From Haplodiscus bocki (Eukaryota), in assembly GCA_965655095.1 (NCBI GenBank), contig OZ296652.1:85498001-85562000 (forward strand): 64,000 nt of DNA, given 5' to 3'. Made by a program: the position numbers and the translations under genes. Below are positions 47,201-60,299 of this stretch, in pieces. Below the pieces are notes generated by a model. The model was not told the origin of the DNA and did no database searches. It saw nothing but the letters and a program-made list of their open reading frames with translations. The first letter of the stretch is position 1, and every line of letters begins with the position of its first letter.

Positions 47201-47720
47201 TGTTTTATCATGATGAATTGCATCCAATTTTCAATCTGCTGAAAAGAATTCTGCCGCAATTTGCTTCAAAAAAACTGAAAATGTTTACTTTCTCTCTTCA
47301 ACAATTAAGGCACGTACTCTCTATGAAAATTTTGTGACGGAATTTTTTGAAAATGTTCAAAAAATTGCCAGTGGGCTCTTTGCAGATGGTCTTCTAAAAG
47401 TTTTTGCGTGAATGAATCTACAATTTTCTGCAATTCTACTCGAAGTAAACATTCAGGCCAACTGCAAGCCCCTCAAATAATCAAAAATTGGAGGATAAAT
47501 TCTGTGAATAACCGTGGAGTACTTTTATTCAAGCTTTTTTTAGACCGCGGTGCAATAACAGAGCGCAACAAAACACTAACAGAGCAGGTTAAAACTTTGG
47601 TCAGAAAAATTGTGATAATCTGTTTTATTGTTTTATTGTCGCCATACTTTTTAAAAGTTTGTTTTTGTTTTCAGGGCAGTCGTAGGCAGGCCGCTTAGGC
47701 TTCGGAGGGTCCGTTTTCCT
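44250..47720 (+). mobile_element. Highly decayed L2/Crack-like LINE (ORF1 plus ORF2 remnants)
   Basis: ORF1 MEQNRRRESVKISGVTE...INIDDDITPFRGKLL (44278-44847). RT FLDFKEAVDTVDHDRLLMK (~46508-46565) and SLLGLFLSNLYIIDLPN. Confidence 0.72.
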
Positions 47721-50299
47721 GCTATGTTTAGGTATATTCTTCATAAAGATTATGTATTTTTAAGCATCAAAGAAAATTAAAATATAGAAAATTGAAACCA
47801 AAGGACAATAAAAAGATCCTCAGTTGAAGACATTGACCAAGCACAATTTTGAGTGATAGAAATATTGTTTCGCTTCGATTGCAGTTTGGAACGTCTACTT
47901 TTACTTTCATTTGTATCATACTTCTGCACATCGGAAATTTCTTTTTTTTTTGGAAGGAAACAGCTTCGTGTGGACATGTCAGTTGCGAGGAAACCAAGAT
48001 TTGTATGTATACAAACAACGACAATAGAAAAAATGCGGAGTTGCAGAGATAACACAGAATTCATGAGTACGGGGTGTCCAATGATTGGTCCCCTTTTAAA
48101 AATATCAGTCTTTCTTAATCGGAGCCGGCATTCTGTTGGAGGTTTTTTCTGCCATCAGAGGCGCAATCGAAATCTCTATGCTGCAGTTTACTTTTGTGTC
48201 ACAACAGAAGCTACTTGAATCATTGATTTGATTTGAACTGACAGAACTGCGTTATAAACATGGCGGCAGTAAATTCTTCGTTTTTTCACAATCTTTTTTT
48301 GTTTCCAATTTTTACCAAAAGCCATTGAATACGTCCTCTTTATTCACAAGCATTACTGAAATCGTTTTTCAGACCCTGGGTGATGTGGTGAGAAGTTATG
48401 TCGTGTGGCACTCCAAGCCACTTCTTTTGTTAAGGTCCAGATCACGTTCTTTCGTAAGAGGGGAAACAGCAGAAGTTACTATGGAAGAAAAAACTTATTC
48501 AAGTGGTTACCAACAGCTTCTACGCCAGCGTTTTGTTTGGTTTTGGTGAGTTCCTAGCATATGTTTGGCGCCCCATGATGAAGGTTTTCAAGTTTTTCTT
48601 CTGTTTAGCGCCTCGCTGGGGAGGTACTTCTTATGATGGCGATGTGTATAAAAATTGTGCTTATCCGAATGGTAGATATGTTTCCAATCGTTCAGTGCTA
48701 TGTGTCTTTGGGCTTTCAGTAGGCGCAGCTCTGTTAATTCAGACATGTTGTCTCAAATTGTTTTGTTCAATCCATTACTGCAGAGCCTGACTCCGATGTC
48801 TTAGCCTCCTTTTAAACTGATTACACTTTCCCACCATTTGACTACTCTAGAAATACCTGACCTCAAAAGTCTTCGTAGACCCATACGTAACTGAAAGTTT
48901 TTGTCTTAGATTTAATTTTGACTTTTTAATCGCTAAATTAAAAAATTTTAGAGTCTTTTTGTACACGGTTTCCACTCTTCCAGTAAAAAAAGTGATTGAA
49001 CAAATAAAAATAAATATGGGTAGGAAATGAGAAAGAGACATTAGTTACGCTCGGTGAGTTTTGTCACATCACATTTTTCGGAAAAAACATTCAACTTTAT
49101 TTTTCCTTCCTAAAATCTTCTTGGCGAGTACAAAACAGAGAACTCTAGAGAAAAAAAGTTCTGAACAAAAGCATTGCTCCCAAGCATTTTTTGATTTTTA
49201 ATTGATTGTTTCACAGTCACCAAAAATTGAAAAGCAATCGGTGCTGCAACACCTTTGCAGTTTGCCTGCGGTCTCGTAAACATTTTTCTAAGAAGAGTTC
49301 TTTCTGGGATGACTCAAAATCTATCAAAGCACACTGAGAATACGCAAATAATAGCATCTAAACACTTACTTTTTGGCAAAGTTTTCTTCCTGGTCTGGGA
49401 ACAAGCTAAAAAGTGCATTTCGTACCAATTGCGTGTCACGTTCATAAAAATACGTGAACTTCCGTGAACACCACTACCTGCTGGAGTGCAAAAACTAAAA
49501 CCAATCAAACTGGTTGCTTTGGAATGTAGATTTTTCTTCCATAAAATTCAACGCTTTGTGTTTAGTGAGGTGGATCATGCTTTTGATGAACGATTGAGAG
49601 TAGCTGAAATCCACTTTCCGCTGAGTCGGAAAATTGGGCCTTGCTCCGAGCACCGTAACGACTAGATTGCAGTGTTCGTTTTGTTACCATGAGCTCGCAG
49701 ATACATCTCTCATTGAGATCAATTTATCAATTTAAGAAATCAAATACCGGGAGAAAATTAGAAAATATACTTTTTTTCACACTGGAGTCGAATGTATCAC
49801 CGTTTTTCTGGTAAAAACCAGTTACTGGTAACAACCTATGAGTTCACATAACCAAACACCGGCTTGTTTCAGTGAGGATTTTCCTGGATTGATATCAGGA
49901 AATAAGTTCGTGGAACTACCGAAACGTGTAACGCGTAGAATGCGGAGCCAAGTAAACGGAATCTATTCACTATCGAAATCACATTGAGTCCTCATTTGAT
50001 CTTGCCAAGCAAACCTATGAGTCGTTCACTATACTTGAAGGAGAAACAACGAACGGGAAAGTTTTTGGTTGGTGGAAATGGTGGAAAACGAAAATGGACG
50101 AATTGTCCCAGTTGACCTTGATAATACTAACGTCTCCACAAAGTACTCTGTTGAGAGAAACAAGAAACTCAGTTAAACCCCACCAGGGTAAAAAACTATC
50201 CACCAAAGTGATCAATTCCTGATTTCTGCATATTGTTGTATGCTCTGAACGAACATAAGTTTTTGGAAAACAAATTTTGACAAAAATTTTTCATTGAGG

Positions 50300-51400
50300 A
50301 TCGAATCTTTCAGCAACGTAGTTTTGACATCAACGGCATCCAATAATGTGGAACCGCCAGCAAAATTGATCAAGCAGTATATGAAAACCAGTATGTCTCC
50401 CCATTATCACAAATGAAATTTAGATGTTTGTAGGAAATTTGATCGAAAGATGACATTTTTTTGTGGGACGACCTTATTTTTTTGGTGAAATACGTTTTTG
50501 ATGAGGTAAAGTTCAATTGATTTCGTATTTCGTTAAAAAGCAATGAATTCATCTGTTGCCGAACATTTGAATTTAAAAAGTTATACAAAGAAGTAGAAGC
50601 TATGCTTGAAATAACTGAGACATTTTGGTGGCGGGAGTTGCATCTCAAATTAGTATTCTTTTCCGAGACCTCAAAAGCGCATTTGACACAGTATAATCAT
50701 GCCAAATTAATTGGGAAATTTGAAAAAAAATGCTTGTCGTGTACCTTCAAAAAATGTTTCGAAAGCTATGTTTGCTATTCGACATGAGTGTGGGCAATTT
50801 AACGGTACAAAATTCACTCGTCTGCTAGTGAAATGCGATGATCTAGAAGTTTTGTGACTTGGTTCTCTGCTGTTGTTGATTTACGCGACTATTCTGCCCA
50901 ATCGTTGCATGCCTTCAACATTCAACTTGGCCAGTTTTGATGCATCATTTGACACATTGTCTCGGATGACGAGCGTTCAAATGAAGTTTGACATTCAAAT
51001 AGGTTGTCTGAAAAGAACTAACTGACCTCAAGTGTAAAAACAACTAAGTTTTTGAAAATAACCTACAGAAAGCTTTCTAGATCATCTCAAGATTACGACA
51101 CTTGCTTACAGAAAGTGAAGCAATTATCCCCTTTTTTTCTCAACCACACATCTTTGATTTGCTGACACGATTGAGCTGAGAGCAGAGTACACCTGAAAAT
51201 TGTAAAACCTTTTGCCCCCAAAAACACGCTCGTAAAGTCCTCCAGGCCATAAACTAGGTCTATCTTTAACAATGGAATCTAGTTTACAGATGTTGTACCG
51301 AAAATATTTTTTTTTCATTTTTTGAAGATTCATTGTAGAATTTTTTTCAAAAACCGTGGCGAAGTACGGGTGTTTTGTTCGTGTAAATTTCAGGTACTAA
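50300..51400 (+). mobile_element. Highly decayed LINE RT remnant
   Basis: DLK-x-AFDTV-x-HAKLIGK (frameshifted, ~50665-50720) and LGSLLLLIY (~50858-50885). Confidence 0.55.
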
Positions 51401-52319
51401 CGGTAGCTCAGCCTTTCGTATATGAGCTAGTTAAATCTGATCTGCGTGGCTTGTCAATCTTGCTTTCCGAGATTTTTCTCAACAATCTATAATCAATCGC
51501 AAATCCCATCAGAAAAGCAGAAAAATCAACGTTTCCCCACATAACGCTGCATCAAAAAGCCAAAAGTGCTTGTTGAAGTTTAGATGTGCAAAATTGTTCA
51601 AGCTATTTGTAAGCATTGAAAAAATTGATAGCATTTTTTCCTGATCTTCATTTACTCCTTTTTTTGTTCACAAATTAACTCAAGTTGGTATACTAGGGAA
51701 TATAGGGGTAGTCAAATACATATTTCTTTGTTAGTGAACCTTATCTTTTTCGGGTTTTTCTGAATTACTTCAGTGAGCTGTCAGACGCTAAGTTGCAACA
51801 CAGCATGTTTTATGGTGTTTGGCTCGAATATTGTTAAATTCTGCCCTATGTAACTGCATGGAGTTCTACGGATCCTGATCACAAACCGTAGAGTGGTCGA
51901 AGCTGTTTCTAGGGCTAGGTATCGGGGAAAAACGGACGTGTCACTGAATGATTCCTCATATGAAGTTTTTCAACTGTTTGCGAGGTTTTTTTGAGTCAAT
52001 TTGTCCTCAAAGTCCTCCCCTCGCTTAAAGCATCCGTAACGTTTTCAAGCGCATGGGCCTTTGTGCAGTAACTTACATTGTGCAAAAACTTAATTTTTCA
52101 TGATATATAAGGGTTGATTTTATTCTCTTAGACTTAAAGAATGCGTAAAACTTTTCCGTTGGAAGATCTGTTTGACTTTTGTATCAGGCTGTTTCTTGTT
52201 TGCTTTTGTTACTACAACATTGATCACAGTTGATAGAGACTGTAGAACCCGTTCTTTGTCCAATCTATATTGATTTAGTTTGATAAAATTAAAAAGATTG
52301 TAATTGTCTTAGAAAAGAA

Positions 52320-52382
52320 ATTTCTTCTTTTCTTCTTCCTTTTCTTTTTCTTCATCATCTTCTTTTTCTTCTTCTTCTTTCT
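52320..52382. repeat. Degenerate (CTT)n pyrimidine tract
   Basis: tttcttcttttcttcttcc...cttcttcttctttct; possibly the tail of a minus-strand LINE. Confidence 0.7.
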
Positions 52383-52399
52383 CAGAAAAGCGAATACTT

Positions 52400-55300
52400 T
52401 TCCACAGACAAGGCATTACAACATCACTCTCAATGTATGAACTTTATTCTTTATTGGCACTTTAGGTTTTGTTCCTGGCACTCATTTTTTGCCAGAAATT
52501 GAATTTCACAGTGATTTTCAATGGCATCTGTTGGTTTTCTTCGAACATAGTCTTTATTGGCAGCTACACATATAGTGGTTGAGCACTGAATTGCATCATT
52601 GTATCGTCTGGTGATTAAATCATCTTTCTGCATTCCAAAACATTTCTTTCAGTGCCTTGGAAAGTGTGACGTATAAATGGCCTTATTTTAGTCTACGGCG
52701 CACCAAAGCGATAACAATATATCGAATGTCCTGATAAGCCAACTTCTCATTCTGGAAACTTTTTAGATTTACACCATGTGTATTGATTCGAGCATCTAGT
52801 TTAGAACCTTAAAAAATTTTCGTTCCTATTAATTTTGCCTCCCATACAGCATTTCAATTCAACAGTGTCTTTGGCTTTGTTTCTGACATGTTTAGGGTGA
52901 CACTAATACTGGTTTGACTATGCAGGCTTTCTCTAGCTAGCTAATACATGTTTCTGAAACAAATATCTGCAAATTGTGCAGTCCGAATTTTGTTCCAGGC
53001 CACTTACTTTACAGTTTAACTGTCTATCTTTGATTTCTTCGAAAAACGAAAAGTGTATAATCATTTTTAGCTTGCATCTCCGATGGAAGTCATCGGCTCT
53101 CAAAAATTCGATTGTTCCTTCTTTTTTGTGAACGCAGTACCTGGCTCAGAGTATTTTCACATCGTGTGCGTTTTTGTAGTATTTTTGTAATTCGCATTGC
53201 AATCACCATTGTAGTTCAAGCTTTCTGTTGATCTTTTTGGTGTCAATGTACTTTCTGATTTTAGTAACATAATCCACCATAGCATACAGACGATGGGCCG
53301 CCCTTGCGCTCCACATAATCTTTGCTTATGATGCTTTCTATGTGTGATCTATCAGGTATTGCTTTTGCTTTTGCATTTGTTTTTGCATTATAGTTTTACT
53401 TTTCGTTGATTTGTCTTCAGTTCTTCTTTTCTGACATTGCCAATTATGGCTTTTCCTGATGATGTTGTCTCAGACATCATTCAGTCAATTTATCAAATTT
53501 TTCAAGTAGTACGTTTCGCAGTGTATCTTATACATCTTCTAAACCAACGTACATCTGAATTGTCATTTTCCGCCTCCAAGTTCCTATATGAGAAGGAAAT
53601 TTATTCAACGGCTAATGGCGTTTTTCTTCATAATTGTTATTTTTCGCCGCATATGTAATATGCAAGAAAAATTATTCATTAAGTAGGGTCGTTTTTCTTT
53701 CTTTTTCAGATCAAAAATGCCAACTCTTTTTACTCAATAATAGATGACAGCCGTAGGGTTAGGACAACAGGGTTTCTTAAGCAGTAGGTTCGGGTTTCGA
53801 GTCTCTGTCGTGGCAAATTTTTTAATGATTCATCCCTAACATTTTTCGATATCCGAAATCAGTGAAACACTAAAGGGTTCCTTTACCAAATTTTCAACAC
53901 TGTGAGGCGGAAAATTTTGCTACTTCCTCCCACCCCCCTTATCCATAAACTTTTTCGCTACCGGAAATTTTTTGAAACAGAAGGGTTCCTCTAGGAAATG
54001 TTTCGGTACTGTGAGACAAAACAATTTCGACGGAAAATCGTGACATAACCCTCTTAAGCATAAAATTTTTCGATACCCGAAATTAGTGACACACTAAAGG
54101 GTTCCCCGACGAAATTTTTCGGCACTGTGAGACATCAAATTTTCTAGAGAAAATAGTGTATTCCCCTCTTAGGCATAAAATTTTCCGATCCCTGAAATTT
54201 TTTGAAACAGAAGGGTTCGTCGACGAAATTTTTCGGCACTGTGAGACAAAAATTTTTCAACGGAAAATCGTGATACCCTTTTGCATCAACTACAGAAATC
54301 AACGGTGTAATTGATGTTTGTAAAAACTCTTTGGTAACTAAATTGAAAACTCTAGTTTTGTTTTTAACCGTTTGTAAAAGTTGATCAAAATGTTTGTAGT
54401 TGGGCGAAAAATATGCCGGTGCTAGCCGGCCGTCTTGTTTTTAATATCAAAGCCAAACATGAAAAAAGATGCAGGGCCTACATCGACTTTTCTTTCAGAC
54501 CACCAAACTATATCCCCGACATTTCTGGCACAAATTTACTACCACACCGCTTTTATCATCATGACGTCAGTGTCGCTTAGTGGAACGTATTTGTTTACAT
54601 TGTTTTGCTATAACAAGCATGAGCAAGTACTCAAAAACACTAAAATGTTCCTTTTATGGAAATTTTTAGCATTGTGAGACAAAAAGTTGCATCGAAATAT
54701 TGTGATAACCCTTATGTAAAATTGTTTTCGATAACAGTAACACCAAAAAACACCCTCGCGAATTTTTTTGAGACAAAAGTTTTCGACCTATTTTTGTGAC
54801 ACCCCATTTGTGTTCTACCGAAATTTTTGCACCCAACAAATTTACGGCGCCAGAAACACAAAATGGGCTCCATCAGTAACTTTATTTGGTACTGCGATAG
54901 TGCGAGACAACAAGTTTTTGACACTTTCAATCTGATACTTCCTTATACGGCTCAATCGAAATTTTCGCCCTTGACAGACGGGAAGCGCCACTTTTCAGTT
55001 GTTGTCAGTTAGTTTAACTACAAATAAATCACGTAAGATGAAAAGGCACATGTTGTTGTTACAAATCCATACTTCAACAAGTATCAGTCTCGATTTAAAA
55101 ACTAAGTTTCTGAATCAAAAGCGGGCCTCCTCGAGCCCTAGAGTGCCATGTTTTCATTTGGTAGCCTCAGAGAGCATTTTTTACATTTTTTGCCTCCGTA
55201 AAATAAATAAGGGAAGGAAAATCATTCCATGGCTCGTGGCGTTTTTCATTTTTATTCACAATCATTTTGCTTATTTACAATTTCGCTTCCATTGACAATT

Positions 55301-58300
55301 TGTGACTTCCACCCTGTATTTCTTAAACTTGAAGCGTCGTAGCTTCTAACGCCTTGATTGGAGCGTTCTAATTTTCTTGAGAAAATGCACGACAAGTTTG
55401 TATTTGACTATTTTCCAAGTTTTGGGTATCCGCAGACTTTTCGCAGAGAAAGTAGTAGTGCAAATAATCTAGAAACGCCGAAGATTTTCCGGGCAAACCA
55501 TCAAATTTCAAAAGCATCACAACTATTTGCTCCGGATGAATACATATGAAATTGAAGTTGATGCAAAAACAACCCTTCTTATTGTCCTAAAAATGTGAAA
55601 AATTTTTGAAACTTTCGTTCGAATATAAACAGAAACACTTGCGGAAAAATAAGAAAAAATCAATTTTACCGGCAATGTCACCTTTTACAAAGCATCAAAG
55701 AACTTTGGTTGGCTTCAATCTCTCGTTGGTCAACTCACAGTGGTCAAGTAGGCCTTACGGTGCGCCAATCGATTCTTTGCTGTTTTCTTTCAGTGGTATT
55801 TTAGCTGGCACTTTTCGAAAAAAAACAGAAAGTTTTAGGTTTTTCTGTCTTCTACCAACGTGAAGGTGCGGAAACAACTTGATTGCTTTTTTTTCAAATG
55901 TTGATTGATTTTCGTGGGACCAGTAGACAATTTCGAGGGTCAGTGAAAAGTTTCGAAACTTTGTCAGTACTTTTTGGGCAAAAAGGTTTGTCGAAATCAA
56001 CTTTGTTTTTCATTCTCTGGAGCTTTCATGTAACCTAACGGGTCTGTAAAGAGTTAAAAAATTCCAATGTAAAATCTCTGTTTTTGCAAAAAACCATCCG
56101 AACAGCATTTTGGAGCTTGTGTCGTTTTTTCGACAGGTGTCACTGTATTTTTCTAGAACGTTTAGTAAAAAAAGTGTCCAGAACTTCCTCTTTTTTCCTT
56201 TAAGTGTTCACTTTTTCAACCGGTCCTCCTAATGTTTTCCATAGATCAGTTCGCCAATCCTAGCTAAAACCGAGGGCAACCTTGGATAGACAGTTTCTTT
56301 TCTGGGAAACTCAACTTTTTTTCTGGCAAAATATTGCAACAACAGGAAGATCTAGTGTACCGCCAAGTGATCATTTGAACATGTGGTGATCGACTTCATC
56401 AACAAACCACGTATGCTTGCAATAAAACCGACGGCACGTACAGTGTTCGTTCTCGGAATTTTTTCCTGGTTTTGGCGCGCCGAGCGTGAAGAACTTTGAG
56501 CTGATGCTTTGTCACATATTTCCTCATGCAGATTATACAAAACCGGCAGACTTTCAAACAAAAAGTTCTACTAACTCGACGCTCATGACACTCAGGTAGA
56601 TAATTTTTGCTGATTCAATTCGAAAAGCCTTTCTACTACATTTTGCTGAAAACCTTCCAAACATTTTTTGTTTACATGCTTTTTTCTGCTGCAAGAAGGT
56701 GAAAATTGACTTCTTATACAAAAAACCTAAGTTTGCAATCATGTTAACTGGATGTTGAGGAATGTTTTCTGAAATGAAAAAATTCCGTAGTGAACAGTTT
56801 TCTACTTTGAGTTTTTTCCCTTTTGGCTGACAAAGTTGATTTCCAGGCTTTTTTATCTTGTCTGAAACTACTTTGTTTTTTTTACTGATTCCCCTTTCAA
56901 TTGGTGTCCATTTGCCTGCTGCACTAATCCATCCATTGCAGTTTTCCGCTTAAGATTCATTAGCTGTAACTTAGTATTCACTACTGGCAAATCATTGTAC
57001 GACTTCGTTTAACTAGAATTCAACAACTGAGAGAGCGAACTTCTCATGAGAAATGTTTGGAATTTTTTTGATCTTTTGAGCGCATTTACTCAGCGCCCAA
57101 GTGCAACGCTGGTTGCATCTATGCTTCTACTCAATTCATGTTTCGCAGATTTTGTAACATTCACTCAAAATTTCCTCATTCTACCTGTTTTTCGGCGTCT
57201 TTTGTACCTAGAGGGTTATTTTTTGCCAATTCATCTCGAAAATTTTCCGGGCTACTTTTCAATATTGCGATGTTTTGTCAAATTCATGGTTTTTCCACCA
57301 GAACATCGTAAAAAACCGGGAACATTCACTAATAAATTGACAAACTTGCAAGTCTAGCCCCTCCGGGCACTCTCTAAAGGCTTCTACAAAGGATGAAGGA
57401 GGTTCAATCTTGCCACTTCGCTGGGATTTTTAGTGACTTCATAAATTTTTTGACAGTCAACAGTTCGTCCCAAGTTTCAAGTTTTGGTCAGAAAATCAGG
57501 TTTCTACACAAAACGTGTCTTGGTAGCAACCATTGGGCCGTTTGGCACGTATCTATCAAAAAAATGAATTTAGCTTTGAAGTTCAGTTTTAGTTCTTCTC
57601 TTGAGATGGAAAATTGTTAACTTCCTCCGAAAAGTCTCTTTTTCAAAAAATTTTTTGTGCTCAGAGTCACACTGAGATCAAAGAAGCGAGGCATTAAAGA
57701 ACTATTTTTCAATGCAGCGCATCTTGTGGGGCAAAGTATTCAAGACAACAGAAAGTTTGGCTAGAAAAATGTTTTTTTTTGGGATGATTTCCCATTTACC
57801 TAGAAATCGTTTCTTTCCAGGTATCATCTTATTGTCAGAATCTACTTCCGCTCATTTTTGGGCCTTATTTCAATTTGTGTCAACTTGCGATTTACGCTAA
57901 TCCATCCATTGGTTACTCTGTTCAGAAAAAATGTGATATAAGATGTCATTTTCTGATGACTACTTTCTCTGCATATTTTCTTTTAGGTGGAATTCAACAG
58001 CTGGAGGAGTGAGAAGTTCTGAGAAGCGTTAGGAACGCTTTTGATTTAGTAGGCGCATGCACTTGCATCCGAAACAAAACGCTCGTGGTGGCTATATTTA
58101 TGGTTAATTTTTTTCCGCTTTTATTTTGTATATGCAAGGAAAATCATTACCTCGACATTCAGGTTTCTCTAACATGAATTTTACCATTTGCACGTTAAAG
58201 CGAAAACCTACGCTCAAAATTTAAGTTTCCCAATTCTTTTCCAAAGTTGCCGTACAGTTCATTTCTTATGGTAGTCTTTCTCAATAAATGCTTCTCTATG

Positions 58301-58500
58301 CCAAAATTTGGGTTTTCTGAAAAAAAATACACTTCAGAAGGTTTTGAGTTTTGATGCAATTTGGCACATGTTGCAGACATTTTTTCGCTCGAATTACGAC
58401 TTTTTAGCAATTCTTTTTTAATTTGGAAGGCGGAAAATATCGCAGAGTTATCTCGGCGTCTTGTTTCTATTTCACGTGTGTGTACAATGCTTTCATAATT
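52400..58500 (-). mobile_element. Very decayed LINE fragments (RTE/CR1-like), interrupted by HINE copy 2
   Basis: Only scattered motifs: YVRRKPTDAI (52451-52633), MLYG (~52845), KACIVKPVL (~52905-52930). Boundaries and family are uncertain. Confidence 0.35.
53638..54438 (+). mobile_element. Helentron-associated non-autonomous element (HINE/DINE-1-like), copy 2, intact
   Basis: 11-bp subterminal inverted repeat TATTTTTCGCC (53638-53648) / GGCGAAAAATA (54403-54413). Hairpin GCCGG-tgctag-CCGGC (54415-54430) then CGTCTTGT into a T-run. Four ~107-116-bp internal units. More eroded units follow at ~54620-54950. Confidence 0.78.
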
Positions 58501-58899
58501 TTTCAGGGGTGATGCTACCAAATCTTATCAATTGTTCTGATTTCTGCCGTTTTGTGGGTCCTAATTTCAACTCTCTGCAGTAAAATTCTCCTAAAAATGC
58601 ACCTTCAAGAGTTTTTACTTGGTCTTGTTGCGAAGGTTCGTCTTCAATACACCTCTCTATTTTCTGGAGGTTTTAGACGCTTGTTGTATAAGTAGAATGA
58701 CAAAAGCGACATCTACGGGTTCCGTGCTGCTTTTCACAATGCATCCGAGATAATTAAAGCATGCTATCCAACATTCACATTGTTTTCCAATAGAAGTTGC
58801 TCGTCGTGATTGTTTTCAGCTCTTTTTCAGATCCGTAGTTGTCCGGTTTCCCCAAGGTGCTGATATGTCACTTCCAAGAACCGTTATTACATCGTAAAC

Positions 58900-59900
58900 A
58901 ATTTGAAGATTCAGACGAAAAAAAACACTTCTAGCCTCGACCAAACAATCCCGTGAAACACGTGGCCCCCAAATGCAAGAATGGACGACGGACTTTGTAA
59001 CCAGGCAGAAATAAATTGAAAAAAATTGAAAAAAAAACATTCAGATTAAAACTGTTGGAATTTTGCAAGATGAGAACTGAGAAGTCAAGTCCCGACGTGT
59101 TCAATTTTTATGTAGTCTTGGCTGGTGATGACATTGTCACTATAGCTGGCCAGGCCACCACGTGCAGGCGCAAATTCAAAACCCCATTATCACAAACAAA
59201 AGTAAAAGAAATGAAAAACCTTTCGAAAACCTAGGTTTTAACCGAAAAACAGTGTGAAGATTTAGGACAATAAAAAGAACAGAAGCATTATTCTTGACCT
59301 TTCAAAAAAATCTAGTGGAACACAAGGACCCTAAAAGCATCAATTGAACATGGCCCTCGTAAACAGTATGAATTAAACTAAACAGAGCTTGGAAAAAAGT
59401 GAAATCAGATCAAAACCGTTGGAACTTTGCAAAACCAGAATTAAGAAGTGAAGTCTTGACATGCTCAACTTTTACGTAGTCTCGGCTGGCCCTGACATGG
59501 TCAATGACACTGACAAATCTACCACGTGTCGGAGCAAATGCAGAGCTCCACCATTACAAAGAAAAATACAAAAAACGAAGGTCCTTCCGAAAACATGAGT
59601 TTCACTTATTAACCGTTTGAATAATTCAGACCAGAAACTCAATACTTGCACCTTTGGCATTAGAGAACAAAACGTAGCAACCACAAAACTCCAAAGGCAA
59701 CAGCTGAAGATGGACCTGGCAACCAGGAAGGAATAAACTAAAATTATTTTGAGAGGCCTTTAGGTTAAAACTGTCCAAATTTCTGCAAGACTCCAACTAG
59801 TCTACTCGTAAAATGATCAACTTTTTTGTACACTTGTTTGGCCGTGGCAAGTTCAATGACACTACCAATACCGCCACGTCCAGGCCCGGACTCCAGTCCC
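58900..59900. repeat. Diverged ~360-bp tandem repeat, ~3 units
   Basis: Anchor aaaacYgtYNNaa at 59048, 59412 and 59767; ccacgt at 59158, 59522 and 59874. Confidence 0.7.
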
Positions 59901-60299
59901 GGCAGCTGTCCCACACTTTCGAGGAAATATGCTCTTAAAGCCTCCTAATCCTTTGTCAAAAAAATCATTGACCATGAGTTTCTCTTTCTTCATGGAGTGA
60001 GAAATTCAGATTTTTTGTAGAAACATGTTTTTTTTGGTATAACAGCGTTAACGACGTTCAACCGGAACGCTACAGGCGTTAAAAGCGTTTCTTGTCGGTA
60101 TGAAGGCGTAAACGGCGTTTTGCTTGTAAGTTAGCGGCGTTAGCGGCGTTTACGCCACTATACATGTTGACTCGATATCACAATTTATTAGGATGAACTG
60201 TCAGAAATTGCTGTTGTTGCTGTTGTTGTGACGTTCAAGTGTTTATCGACACCGGTACTTAGTTTTGAAGTGTGCACGTGAAGAAAAATCACAACGAAA

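Noticed and set aside
48068-49060. Possible Tc1/mariner remnant (tacggggtgtcca end, WGGTSYDG)
   Set aside because: No convincing second TIR or DDE/D motifs.
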